A stretch of DNA of 64,000 nt from Octopus sinensis (GCF_006345805.1 NC_043014.1:14942001-15006000); one strand, 5' to 3'. Positions 12,048-25,107 are shown, numbered from the stretch's first letter. The notes: a model not told the origin generated them from the sequence alone. Made by a program: numbers and translations.

Positions 12048-12716
12048 TGTATACACACAATTTATTCACTGCTTTGTATATGATAATATTAAACTCTTGG
12101 GGCCGCAAAATATCTAACTGAATTGAAAACCAGTAGAATAGAAATATTAAGAAATAAAAAAAGAAAGAAAGACGCAAACGAAAATTTATCCTGATATTCT
12201 TGTGGAACCAGCTTGGTAACACCACAACTTTCTTGGAATCGCACATTAGCTCCTGGTCAAAGTAAATATAAAACTTTAACCTCTACATCTAAAATCGTAA
12301 CATCTAACATCTAACCCCTTGTTTCAGTGTTTGTTTTCTAAAACGTTCAAACAATTCACACCAATAAACACTCATGCTTATTTTCCCTCCAAACATCTTC
12401 CTTAGTTCTATAAATCTATCCACTTGACTTTTTATCTTTCATATCTGTATGTATATCATCAGCACGGTTTAGACCTCGCGAGAGCCTTAGGCCAAGAGAT
12501 CTTAAATCTCACTATGATTTTACGTATATATTTTTCAACTGTCTCACGCTAACCATATCATTGTGCATGTCAAAGCTAAGAATCAAAACTTGACTGCTGC
12601 AGCTAAAACAACAAAGACTATTAACAAGAAGAATGCGCATAGTAAAAACAAATATAACATATTTCGTTTTTGGATTTGGTTTGCAAGATTCTTTATCTGA
12701 GTTCGTGTGTTGAAGC

Positions 12717-12982
12717 ATATTTTGTTGTGTTTGGGGAGAGTCATTTTCTTTTTGTGCCTTATAATTTAACACACTCACCGGTAAAATTTCCACTTATTTC
12801 TTATTTTTATTTTCCTAAAATATTTATTATTTATATTTTCCTCAAGACTATTGAAAAGGTCGCAAGGCGCAACGAAAATTTTAGGAAAATAAAAATAAGA
12901 AATAAGTGGAAATTTTACCGGTGAGTGTGTTAAATTATAAGGCACAAAAAGAAAATGACTCTCCCCAGACACAACAAAATAT
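12717..12982. repeat. Inverted repeat, ~105-bp arms with 56-bp spacer (MITE-like/foldback)
   Basis: 12717-12821 is the reverse complement of 12878-12982 with about one mismatch. Confidence 0.85.
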
Positions 12983-14599
12983 AACATAAATGATCTAAAG
13001 ACAATAAGTATTTATAATTTACTATGAATTTGTATTTTCCTAATTTGTCTTTTGTTGTATATTTCGTAACTGTCATGGCGACAAATACTTTGATTGTTTC
13101 TGTCACGTTGATGTGGCTTCCTTAATTTGTTTAGATAATGCATTGCTGTTGAGTGCTTCTTATTTTATCAGAAGAAAATATGTACTCAAACTATTTTTAA
13201 AAGGCACCTCTTAAAAGGAACTAATCAAAATCATGATAAAGAGGGCCTCATTAACTCTAGAATCCCAAAAGTTTGAAACGGGCCCCAAAAGTTAAAAGGG
13301 GCGAAGTAGATTTAGAGGTGCTGAGTTAAATTTAATGGCATTTTAAATGTATAGGGCCCAATAAATCAAAATAGGGATTAATAATTTTAAAGGAACTCTA
13401 ATGGACTTTTAATATGTAAACAAGTAAAAATAATTATTTATTTGATTATTATAAATATGTTGTTTTTTTAAATTTTCAACTCCAAGTTTTGGGCTTCTCT
13501 GAGTAACTTAGGTCTCTAATGCTTGGGGTCACCCAAACTTGGGGACCCTCGCCCATGGCAAGTATTGGTCTATACATAAATTTAGCCTTACATATCACAC
13601 ACAAGCACACAAGCGCATATCCCACCCACCACAAAATCTTGGTTTGTGGCTCAATTTCAGGATTATCTTTGGCATGTATGTGTCCCTAGCAGGATCCGCG
13701 AATATTTCACAGAATTAATGATAAACCTATTAGGTTATTTCTGAAAACTTTATCTCTAAACCTGAAAGCGTAGCCTGTGTTATGTCTATACAAAAATAGT
13801 TGCTCATCTGTTAATCATTGAAAAGTGAAAGAAATTGGAATACGATGATTACTTAATGCACTTTATATACTTTATGCACAATTTTATAGACGTAATACTC
13901 ATAAAGTAAATATTCACTCTTATTTTTCCGTTTTCCCCATAAACTAAAAGAAACTCGTACGTATGATGCAACCTTTAGTTAAATTACACGTATCTGCCAC
14001 GCACTATTTCAGGGAATTGCACTTATACATATGCGTTAAGTGATACTATAATATAAAAAAACCTTGGTTCAATTAAAAAAAAAATACACTTTCACTATCC
14101 AATCACCACCACCACCACATCCACCACCACCACCACCACCATCCTCTTTCTCCCTGCTCTCTCTCTTTCTCTCTGCCTTTAACCTCACTTTCAGAACATA
14201 ACCCCTCTGCTAAAATTATTACGTTCCCCCTACCTCACATCATGAACGCTTTTCTCTCTTTCTTTTCCTCTCCGTGTTTTCTCTCTCCCTCTCTTTCTTT
14301 CTTTCTTTCTTTCTCCCTCTTTCTGTCTCCCTTTCCGCCGTATCCTATTTTTCCCTTTGCTTTTTCTTTCTCTTCTCTTTCCATTCAACTAATCACGTGA
14401 ATGCGTCATGGACCCTACTCTCTCCCTCTTTTTCTGCCTCCTTCTTTTACTCTCCCCTTCTTTTCTTTCTGCCTCTTTTTCTCTGATCATGTGAAAGCGT
14501 TACCAACGGGCTAAATAACGCAATGACAAGCAGCAGAATTATTATAAGACTGCCTAAATGTATATGACTTCCATTAAATATAAAATCGAAAAAACAACG

Positions 14600-14613
14600 T
14601 TATATTATTATTA

Positions 14614-14670
<57 letters not shown>

Positions 14671-14794
14671 CATCATTATTATTATTATTATATATTATTA
14701 TTATTATTATATTATTATTATTATTATTATTATATTATTATTATTATTATATCATTGTTATATTATCATTATATTATTATTATTATTATTATTA

Positions 14795-14827
<33 letters not shown>

Positions 14828-14935
14828 TATTTAATATTATTATTATATATTATTATTATTATTATTATTATCATTATTGTTATTATTATTATTTATTCGT
14901 ATTATCATTATTATATTATTATTTATTATTATTAT
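14600..14935. repeat. (ATT)n microsatellite flanking the 3' end of the Dong-like element
   Basis: Directly visible. Confidence 0.9.
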
Positions 14936-17900
14936 TCAGTAGTTTTATTTTTATAGCGTGCTTTCACTTCACTACCGAGCGCAGCTTGTGTGCCTTGGGT
15001 ATGTGCTGTGATTTGTTGTGATGTCTGATGGATGGTTATTGTATGGAAAGTGTTCTTCGTAGGATGTGTGCAGTGCCTAGTAGTGCAATTTTCTGTATGT
15101 TATATGTGTTTGTAAGTCCTGGTGTTTTTTGTATGTATTTGTCTGAATATTTTTTTATCATGCCTAATGCACTACTATGATAGGAATTGTTTCTGTTTTC
15201 AGGTTCACATTCTAGTTATCTCTATTTCCAGGTCTTTGTATTTTGAGAGTTTCTCCATTTTTTTTAGAGACACGTTGTCATCTGCGGTATTGATACATCA
15301 ATTAGAAAGCATTTTTTTCTTCATGATCTCTGACAACTATATCTGGTCTGTTGGCCTTAATTTCTATCTGTGTGTATCGGCATATCCCAGAGTATGGTTG
15401 CTTTCTCGTTTTCTGTGACCTTCTGGTGTGTGCCTATACCATCTTTTTTCTGTGTTATTCCATAATGTTGGCATAGCTTCCAATGTATGTAGGTTCTAAC
15501 TCTGTCATGTCTGTGAATATATTCCTTCTTAGCCAAGACTGGGCAGCTAGAGATAATATGATTTATTGTTTCTTGTCCATCTCCACATATTCTGCAGTTA
15601 CTTGTAATATTTCTTTTCATTACATGTTTTTGGTAATTTCTGGTGGGGAGGCTTTGGTCTTGTGCTGCAATTAAAAATCCCTCTGTTTCTGCTTTGAGTC
15701 CTGAGCTTCTCAACCATTGCTGGGATTTTCTTTGTCTATTTCTTTTGCGTTTAGTTTAGTGCAGTATTAGTATTACCATGAAGGGGCTTTTCTTGCCATC
15801 GTTTTATCATGGCTCGTTGCTGTTCTATTTTTAGTTTGGATTTCATTTGTTTTATAGCTTTGTTGTTTCTTCATCATCTTCTTCTTCTTCTTTGTGTTTA
15901 TTAGGTGGTATGATTTCTTGTTTGTATTTGTCAGCTTCTTTAAATACTGAGAACAGTTTTTGTTTTGCTCGTGTTTTTGCTGCTATCTGGATCAGTTTTC
16001 CTTCCTTCTGAAGTAGGTATTTTTGCAGTCCTATGATGGTTATTTTTTATAGTAGTTTCCAGTTGTATAAGGCCTCTACCACCTTCTATACGTTGTATAT
16101 ATAGTCTTTCTATGTCAGATTTTGGGTGATGCATCCTAGATCCTGTCAGTATTTTTCTTGTTTTCCTATCTATTTTGGACAGTTCATTTCGTGTCCAGTT
16201 AAGTATATTGTAGCTGTTAACTTAAATGGACAGCTAAAGTGTTGATACCTATTATCTTGTTTTTAGCATTGAGCTTGTTTTTAGTATTGATCTAACTCGT
16301 CTATAATATTCTTTTTTATTTTCTCTTTCATTTGTGTGTTGTGTGTCTTATCTAGTTCATGGATTCCTAAGTATTTGTAAGTTTGGCTTTGGTCTAATTC
16401 TTTTATTTCATTGGTTTTATCTAGTGTGATGTTGTTACTCTTAACTATGTTTTTCCTCTTTTCATGGTTACTTTGGCGCATTTTTCTAATCCAAATTCAT
16501 ATCTATTTTTTGGTAAATCCATGAACTGTCTTTAATAGTGTTTCCAGCTGTTTGTCATTTGCAGCGTATAGTTTTAGGTCATCCATATATAACAGGTGGC
16601 TGATCGTTTTGCCTTAACATTATATCCGCATCCAGTTTATTTAGCATATCAGATAGAGGTGACAGTGCCAAGCAGAAAAGGAGTGGAGAGAGCGTGTCTC
16701 CCTGGAATATTCCTCTTCTAATGGGGATGTCTTTGGTTTTCATGAGTCCCTCTTTTGTTTGGAGGTGTAGGACTGTTGCCATTTATTCATAGAGTGCTCT
16801 ATGAATTTTATGATTGTTGGTGCTACTTTGTTAATGGCTAGTGTTTCGAGGATCCATGTGTGGGGGATGCTATCAAACGCCTTTTTGTAGTCAATCCAGG
16901 CCATAATGAGGCCTTTCTTCTTTCTGTGGCTGTCTTCAGTTACGGCTTTATTAATCATAGTTGATCTTTACAGCCATATGAGCCTTGCGGCATCCTTTCT
17001 GCTCTTCTGGGAACAGTTTGTTTTCGTCCAGGTGCTTGTTCAGCCTTTGCGATATCACTGCAGTAAATGCCTTGAACATAGTAGGGAGGTAGGTTATTGG
17101 TCTGTAGTTTTCTGGTTTTGTTGTTTCATTTGATTTGGGAATTAAGATGGTTTTCCCCTTCGTGAGCCATTCAGGCATTGTCTCGGCTCTGCTAGTATGC
17201 TGTTAAAGTTTTCAGCCAGCTTTTTGTGCATTCCTGTTAGATATTTCAACCAGAAGTTGGGGATCTTGTCATGCCCAGGTGCCTTCCAGTTGCTTAGTTT
17301 TTGCAGTGCCTGGGTGACCTCTTCAGTTGTTATGGGGGTCCAAAGTTGTTCAGATGCCGAGTTTGTTATTTTCATACTCCTTTTTTTTTGGCTGTTCGTT
17401 CGCCGACCATATTTCTCTCCAGAATTCTTCCAATTCTTCTGCCGTTGGTGCTGCAGTGACTTCTATTTTATTTTTGCCCAGTTCTTGGTAGAACTTTTTG
17501 GGGTCGGAGTTGAACTTTTTGTTCTGTTCAAAGAAGCGTTGGCGTTTCTCGTACCGGCGGATCCTTTGAGCTTTGGCAAGGATATCTTGCTTCAGCTTTT
17601 CTTTTATCTCCGGCAAGTCTTTTTCTGTGATGTTATATTTGCGGAGCATTTTTGTTCTCTTTTTGTTGCTTAGTAGCGTTGCTTGTTTGCTGATTTCATT
17701 AAGAATCGACAGGTCTTTTCTAATTTTTTTAATTTTGTTTTGATGTTATTTATCCACAGGGTTTGTTTGAGTGGTGGTACTCCTGTTTGGGCGGGTTTGG
17801 GTGAGTATCCAGCTTCTTTTGTGGCTGCAGTGGCTGCTGCGTATATCAAGTCATTTAGTTCAGTGATATCACTTTTTTTGTTTCAGTGGCTAGTTCAGTG

Positions 17901-18880
17901 ACGGCTAGGTTTATGTTGTTTATAATTGGTGTTGTTATTGCGTTTATTTTTATTCTTGGGAGGTATGGTCGGTGGTCCATTTTGGGCTCTGTGGTTTTCA
18001 GTTCTTTGATTATTTTATTTTTTATATTATCATAATCATTAGGCTCCCCTTCGTTGTTTACATCGTGTTTGTTGAGAATGTTGCGTTTGTCTTCGTGTTT
18101 TACAGTTTCAGTGTTTATATTATTGGGCATTGTTGCGTGGCTTCTATCTACATTTTCCTGGTGTATTTTTTCTTTTAAATGTTCTATTTCTATTTCTGAT
18201 ATTTTTTTGGCTTTGAGAATGTATCTTCGTACGTTAGCTAATTTATTAGGGTTCATTGCTGTATCCAAGTCTATATCTCTATTATTTTCCTTCCATATTT
18301 TATATGTATGTGTTGTTGTATTTTCATTTTGTGGGTAGAGCATTGCTGTGAAGTATGCGTGTAAGATAGAAATGTATTCCTCACGTGTCCATTTACGTCT
18401 TTTGGGTTTTAATTGCGGGACATGAGGTACAACGTCCGGCCCATTATTTTGACGGTCGTCATTTTCGTAGGGTACAGGTCCGTTTATTTCTGTTGTCACA
18501 TTATTTCGCACGTGTAGTTTTTCGTACATTTTTTGTTGTAGGTTTAATGTACGTACCGCTCGATTGTTATTCTTGGGTTGAATAGTATCGGTGGCATTTA
18601 ATTTCTTCGTAGTTCCTTTGTACATGGTGTTTGAGGTCGGGGATGATCGTGTTGTTCCACGCATGTTTACATGTGTTGTGTTAGAGGTGGAGATAATATC
18701 GAGTCAAAATACATCATTTCGTTTCGGAAATAGTAATAAATTTCAATTAGTATTACTTACTCGGATATAGTCCAATTCTTTGTTAGTAAATCTTTGGCTC
18801 CATAGGGTGTCCTTGTTTTCGATGTTTGTGGATAGATTTCGGAGCTCTGTATTTTCCTTCTTACATCTTAAACGTCCCCG
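14936..18880 (-). mobile_element. Full-length R4/Dong-clade non-LTR retrotransposon (RT plus restriction-like endonuclease) inserted in (TAA)n
   Basis: Sharp boundaries against ATT arrays at both ends. It has a ~215-nt 5' UTR, a single long fragmented ORF and a ~100-nt 3' UTR ending in (AAT)n. Confidence 0.9.
15036..18664 (-). pseudogene. Frameshifted RT-RLE ORF of Dong/R4-like element
   Basis: Motifs in order: KLSNWKAPGHDKI, ENYRPIT, MAWIDYKKAFDSIPH, RRGIFQGDTLSPLLF, SHLLYMDDLKL, HPKSDIERLY..EGGRGL, CCHC knuckle CRICGDGQETINHIISSC, the ANRPDI..LIDVS RLE motif, and terminal QKIALLGTAHILRRTLSIQ* (stop at 15036-15038). Confidence 0.9.
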
Positions 18881-18904
18881 TTATTATTATTATTATTATT
18901 ATCA

Positions 18905-18966
<62 letters not shown>

Positions 18967-18980
18967 GTTATTATTATTAT
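18881..18980. repeat. (ATT)n microsatellite flanking the 5' end of the Dong-like element
   Basis: Directly visible. Confidence 0.9.
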
Positions 18981-19232
18981 TTAAGGCGGCACACTGGCAG
19001 AATCGTTAGCTCGCCGGGGAAATGCTTAGCAGTATTTCGTCTAACGCTACGTTCTGAGTTCAAATTCCACCGAGATCGACTTTGCCTGTCATCCTTTTGG
19101 GGTCGGTTAAGTAAGCACTAGTTACGCACTGGAGTGGATGTAATCGACTTAATCCCTTCCCCCAAATTCGAGGCCTTGTGCTTCCAGTATAAAGGATTGT
19201 TATTATTATTGTTGTTATTGTTATTTTTATCA

Positions 19233-19294
<62 letters not shown>

Positions 19295-19566
19295 GTTATT
19301 ATTATTATTTAAGGCGGCACACTGGCAGAATCGTTAGCTCGCCGGGGAAATGCTTAGCAGTATTTCGTCTAACGCTACGTTCTGAGTTCAAATTCCACCG
19401 AGATCGACTTTGCCTGTCATCCTTTTGGGGTCGGTTAAGTAAGCACTAGTTACGCACTGGAGTGGATGTAATCGACTTAATCCCTTCCCCCAAATTCGAG
19501 GCCTTGTGCTTCCAGTATAAAGGATTGTTATTATTATTGTTGTTATTGTTATTTTTATCATCATCA

Positions 19567-19616
<50 letters not shown>

Positions 19617-19835
19617 TAAGGGAGCGAGCTGGCAGACTCGTTAGCACGCCGAGCTAAATGTTTAGCGGTATATCGCCCATCGCTACGCTCTGGGTTCAAA
19701 TTCTACCGAGGTCGACTTTACCTTTCATTCTTTCAAGGTCGATAAATTAAGTACCAGTTGAACACTGAGGTCGATGTAATCGACACATCTCCTCTCTCAA
19801 AATTTCAGGCCTTGTGGCTTCACTAGAAAGGATTA
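18981..19835 (+). mobile_element. Three family A SINEs separated by (ATT)n; the first two are a near-identical tandem duplication
   Basis: The copies at 18981 and 19309 share private variants (agtatttcgtctaacgc, ggggtcggttaagtaagcactag). Confidence 0.85.
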
Positions 19836-19844
19836 AAAAGGGTA

Positions 19845-20175
19845 AAGACCCCCTTCGGTCATGAATGACCATGGGATTGCACCTAGAAAATTACCCTCCT
19901 AGACACAAGTCCGGGCAAGGTTGTTTATGGAAGACCAGCAGTCGCCCATGCATACCAGCCTCCCCTCTCCACGCCACCAGTGTTATCTAAGGGAAAGACA
20001 AAGGTCGATACAGCTTGGCACCTGTGACGTCGCAACTCATTTCTACAGCTGAGTGAACTGGAGCAACGTGAAAATAAAGTGCCTTGCTCAAGAACACAAC
20101 ACGCAGCCCGGTCCGGGATTCGAGCTCACAACCTCACGATCGTAAGCTCGACGCTCTAACCACTGAGCCATGCGA
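19845..20175 (-). mobile_element. tRNA-derived SINE, family E (RTE-like tail)
   Basis: The reverse complement has a gcatggctcagtggttagagcg head, the central core, and the tail gtgcaatcccatggtcattcatgaccgaagggggtc. It is homologous to 35665-35930. Confidence 0.8.
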
Positions 20176-20192
20176 TTATCATTATCCTTATT

Positions 20193-20405
20193 AAGGCGGC
20201 GAGCTGGCAGAATCATTAGCACGCTGGACAAAATGCTTAGCGGCATTTGGTCTGCCTTTACGTCCCGAGTTCAAATTTTACTGAGGTCGATTCTTGCCTT
20301 TCACCCTTTCGGGGTCAATAAAATAAGTATCCGTTGAGCACTGGGGTCGATGTAATCGACCACCCAACTCCTCCAAAATGTCAAGCCTTGTGCCTGTAGT
20401 AGAAA
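20193..20405 (+). mobile_element. tRNA-derived SINE, family A
   Basis: ggcggcgagctggcagaatc head through gccttgtgcctgtagtagaaa tail. Confidence 0.8.
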
Positions 20406-21019
20406 AACTTAATAGCATTATTCGTTGAAATTTTCACCAACATTCATAATTTCATCTTTATTATTTCAATTTGTCAACAGTATTTAATTGCCGACAAAAT
20501 ATTATTTCGTCATGCAACTTCCAGATTAACGCATCAAATTATGTGAATCTTTGACACGTGATCTAACTGTCACGTTTACGCCACACGAAGAAGAATGGCG
20601 CTATTGTCTTTGCAACGATCTTCGCTGCGAAATCTGCTATTCATTCTGAAGCAGTCACAATAGACTCGACTGACAATATTAACGGTATTACAGCAATTAT
20701 AATGATAAAAACAAACAAATAAATAAATCTAAAGCTTTCCGTGGTCAAAATAAAAAGATGATACAACAAGAAACAAGTGATGGAAATATTGTATAAAATG
20801 TTACACTGATCGTTAAAGAAAAGAGTGTCTACGCAAGGATAAAAAACAATACATGAGGGAAAATTGGTCCTTTACTTGATACAGGCATCGCGCGCATATG
20901 GTTGTGATGCATGTGCTTGGTGTACCCTTTTCATGATGAGTATATTGGGCTTTGTAAATTTGTACCCCAGTGTCACTTTGATGGCATGCGTTGCTCCCAC
21001 ACTCAATAATGATAATAAT

Positions 21020-21163
21020 GATTTCGAATTTTGCAACAAGGGCAGTTGTTTTGGGGAAGGGGAGAAGTCGATTATATCGACTCCAGTGTTCAACTGGTAC
21101 TTATAGTATCAACTCCGAAAGGATGAAAGGAACGCAAAGTCGCTAACAGTTCTACCAGCTCGC

Positions 21164-21233
<70 letters not shown>

Positions 21234-21314
21234 GTAATAATAATAGTAATAATAATAATAATAATAATAGTAATGATAATAACAATAATAATAATAATTA
21301 TAATTATTATTATA

Positions 21315-21356
<42 letters not shown>

Positions 21357-21550
21357 TCAAATTTTTGCCACAAGTGCAGCTTGGGGGAGGAGATTAAGTC
21401 GATCACATCGACCCCAGTTCATAACTGGTACTAATTTTACCGACCCCGAAAGGATGAAAAACAAAGTCGGCCGAAGCGGAATTTAAATTCAGAGCGTAAA
21501 ATTACAAGGCATTTTCTCCGACACTCTCCCGATTCTACCGATCCACCGTT
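21020..21550 (-). mobile_element. Two family A SINE copies separated by (AAT)n
   Basis: Reverse-complement family A bodies at ~21020-21160 and ~21355-21550. Confidence 0.7.
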
Positions 21551-21552
21551 TT

Positions 21553-21589
<37 letters not shown>

Positions 21590-21944
21590 ATAATAATAAT
21601 AATATGCTAAAAAATCGTCACACTAATTATATATTTTACAATCGTTGTGATAATAATTATGCCGGTAGTATGGATCAAAAGAATGCAATATTGAAGTTAA
21701 TTCGACGTAAAAATAATTCTATGTAACTCAATTAAAAAATGTAAGAAGAATCGGAAATAAATGTAATATTTTGTCAGAAATCAATAATAAATTGATTAAA
21801 TTGGAATTAGAAACCGGTGTCACAAGAACTTCCATTGATTGAAATACATTTAAATTAATCAGATTTCCACCATTAGAACCTGTGACGATCAAATTATAAT
21901 GTTTATTGTAATAAAATATTCCGATTAAAGGAAAACGCCTTTAA

Positions 21945-22320
21945 AATATTGGTTCCAAGGCTATTAGTTTCGGGGGTAAGTCGGTTACATCGACCCTAGT
22001 GCGCAACTGGTACTTATTTAATCGACCCCGAAAGGATGAAAGGCAAAGTCGACCTCGGCGGAATTTGAACTCAGAACGTAGCGGGAGACGAAATACCTAT
22101 TTCTTTACTTCCCACAAGGAAGGGACAAACAAGGACAGACAAACGGATTAAGTTGATTATATCGACCCCAGTGCGTAACTGGTACTTAATTTATTGACCC
22201 CGAAAGGATGAAAGGCAAAGTCGACCTCGGCGGAATTTGAACTCAGAACGTAGCGTCAGATGAAATACTGCTAAGCCTTTCGCCCGGCGTGCTAACGTCT
22301 CAACCAGCTCGCCGCCTTTT
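21945..22320 (-). mobile_element. Family A SINE dimer
   Basis: Two tandem bodies with the gaaatacctatttctttact junction and a head at ~22310. Confidence 0.85.
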
Positions 22321-22544
22321 AAACTGGCCGCATCAGGCTCAAATATTCTACCTGTTTTAAGTTCAAACTGGCTAGATCAGCTCTCCCAAACATAACTTAC
22401 AATGTCATTCTAAAAATAAACAATCACATCATTAAAATTTCGAAGCTATGAGATAATGCCTGATTTATTCAAGGTAATAATTTGACAGAATAATCTGATT
22501 GCTAAAAAGTTAAATCGTCTTAAAGATAAAATAACAAAAAATGA

Positions 22545-22937
22545 TTCTCGAAAAGTTGATTATCTTGGCTACACTATTAACACATCGGGCAAAAGATTGC
22601 CATGAAAAATATCGATGCTATTAAAAGAAATTATCAGTTCCTCAGAAAATGGGAATGAATTATTAGCATTAGTTTCAAACGCTGGATATTATTGTACGCT
22701 CATTAAGATAGTAGCAAACTTTGCTGCATCGCTATATAATTTAACGAAAAATTACGCAGAATTTTAGGATCACCTGATTGTTAACAAAGTATTGATGAGT
22801 TAAAATAGCGCAGAGTTCACACATTTGAATGGAAATGTGATACTTATGTTAGGAGTTGATACATCAGCAGTCAGTGTTGGAGAACTTCTGTTACAACATG
22901 AAAATAGAGTTGAAGTCCATTGGCTTATGCCTCTCCT
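22545..22937 (+). pseudogene. Ty3/Gypsy pol remnant (RT C-terminus/RNase H)
   Basis: KVDYLGYTINTSG, ..NAGYYCTLI..VANFAASLYNLTKN, and GVDTSAVSVGELLLQ followed, in a shifted frame, by PLAYAS. These match the Gypsy YLG..I, FLG..YY, TDAS..VGAVLLQ and PIAYAS motifs. Confidence 0.7.
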
Positions 22938-23269
22938 GTATCTATTCGGTCGTGCGAATTACCGGGACCAAGGCAACACTTCCGCGCTACATATCCCGAA
23001 CTTCCATAGCAGTCTTCATATCGGCAAATTGATCACCAGTGCCTTCTGCGATTTCGTCGAATATAATGGTAAAAATAACCAAATAAATAAATAAATAAAT
23101 GATAAATCTAAAGCTTCTCGTGGTCAATGTAAAAAAAATAATAATATAAGTTGATCGATATATACTCTTCTTAGTCTATCGATATCTGTATGTCCATGCG
23201 TGGATTTTCAGAGAAGGAGATTGCTGGATATTTCATCCTTGCTTCTCCAGCAATGTCAAACTTATCGTA

Positions 23270-23353
<84 letters not shown>

Positions 23354-23561
23354 GTTTTAATATATAATATATATATATTATAATATTATATTAAAAGCTT
23401 AGTAAAATAAATTACTTTGCCGCATACTGAACTCGTTAGAAATAGCAGCTAAAAAAACTATTTCTAACACTTAAAGAAAACCTCTCTCATATAGTTTGCT
23501 CATTCAACTCAAGAAAGTATGAGGGTAGAGACATTAAAAAATCAAATGCAAATGAGTTTAT

Positions 23562-23613
23562 TGAGTACGTACGTTTCAAGATTAGCCAAAATCGACCTTC
23601 TCTCATCAGCTCA
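23562..23613 (-). ncRNA. Type I hammerhead ribozyme (unit 1)
   Basis: The minus strand reads tgag-CTGATGA-gaga..tctt-GAAAC-GTAC-GTA-ctca, with palindromic stem III ACGTACGT and a GUA triplet. Confidence 0.8.
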
Positions 23614-24115
23614 GAATGCCCTTGTTTGAATTTGAAAACACTGAAAATGGGAGCATACCCTTTCGGCTTGTTATCGCTTCTGAAGATCTGTTCCAAACTA
23701 ACAGTGCCAACAAACTCAAATATGCAAGAGAAAAAATTTCTGCTCTCCCCTTTCCACCAGCGTGGGTTAAAATCAGCAAACACTATGCTTTTTTCGGTAA
23801 AATCCGAGACAATTAAGTAGAGAGAGATGAATTATAATTTCAACAATTGAGGGTAAAATTAATTAATTAATTAATCAATTTCACCAAGTATTCAGTATGC
23901 AAAGGGACCATTTAAGGCAAATTCAAATTATTACATTATATAAAAGGGCTTAGTAAAATAAATTACTTTGCCGCATACTGAACTCGTTAGAAATAGCAGC
24001 TAAAAAAAAACTATTTCTAACACTTAAAGAAAACCTCTCTCATATAGTGTTTGCTCAATTCAACTCAAGAAAGTATGAGGGTAGAGACATTAAAAAATCA
24101 AATGCAAAGGTTATT

Positions 24116-24168
24116 TGAGTACGTACGTTTCAAGATTAGCCAAAATCGACCCTTCTCTCATCAGCTCA
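24116..24168 (-). ncRNA. Type I hammerhead ribozyme (unit 2)
   Basis: Same motif as unit 1, 554 bp away. Confidence 0.8.
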
Positions 24169-24701
24169 GAATGCCCTTGTTTGAATTTGAAAACACTGAA
24201 AATGGGAGCATACCCTTTCGGCTTGTTATCGCTTCTGAAGATCTGTTCCAAACTAACAGTGCCAACAAACTCAAATATGCAAGAGAAAAAATTTCTGCTC
24301 TCCTTTCCACCAGCGTGGGTTAAAATCAGCAAACACTATGCTTTTTTCGGTAAAATCCGAGACAATTAAGTAGAGAGAGATGAATTATAATTTCAACAAT
24401 TGAGGGTAAAATTAATTAATTAATTAATCAATTTCACCAAGTATTCAGTATGCAAAGGGACCATTTAAGGCAAATTCAAATTATTACATTATATAAAAGG
24501 GCTTAGTAAAAAAAATCAGCAAACACTAGCATAGTGTTTGCTGATTTTAACCCACGCTGGTGGAAAGGGGAGAGCAGAAATTTTTCTCTTGCATATTTGA
24601 GTTTGTTGGCACTGTTAGTTTGGAACAGATCTTCAGAAGCGATAACAAGCCGAAAGGGTATGCTCCCATTTTCAGTGTTTTCAAATTCAAACAGGGCATT
24701 C

Positions 24702-24753
24702 TGAGCTGATGAGAGAAGGGTCGATTTGGCTAATCTTGAAACGTACGTACTCA
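24702..24753 (+). ncRNA. Type I hammerhead ribozyme (inverted unit)
   Basis: The plus strand reads tgagCTGATGAgagaagggtcgatttggctaatcttGAAACgtacGTActca. Confidence 0.8.
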
Positions 24754-25031
24754 AATAACCTTTGCATTTGATTTTTTAATGTCTCTACCTCATACTTTCT
24801 TGAGTTGAATTGAGCAAACACTATATGAGAGAGGTTTTCTTTAAGTGTTAGAAATAGTTTTTTTTAGCTGCTATTTCTAACGAGTTCAGTATGCGGCAAA
24901 GTAATTTATTTTACTAAGCCCTTTTATATAATGTAATAATTTGAATTTGCCTTAAATGGTCCCTTTGCATACTGAATACTTGGTGAAATTGATTAATTAA
25001 TTAATTAATTTTACCCTCAATTGTTTGAATT

Positions 25032-25107
<76 letters not shown>

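Larger units (their letters stand above)
23397..25030. repeat. Hammerhead-containing ~553-bp tandem repeat (two direct units) plus an inverted ~500-bp copy
   Basis: Unit starts gcttagtaaaa occur at 23397, 23948 and 24501. A fold-back junction lies at ~24510-24548 and the inverted copy spans 24529-25030. Microsatellites flank both sides. Confidence 0.9.

Noticed and set aside
13000-13590. hAT-like remnant (ggggccc-rich subterminal motifs)
   Set aside because: No TIR pair, TSD or convincing transposase motif identified.
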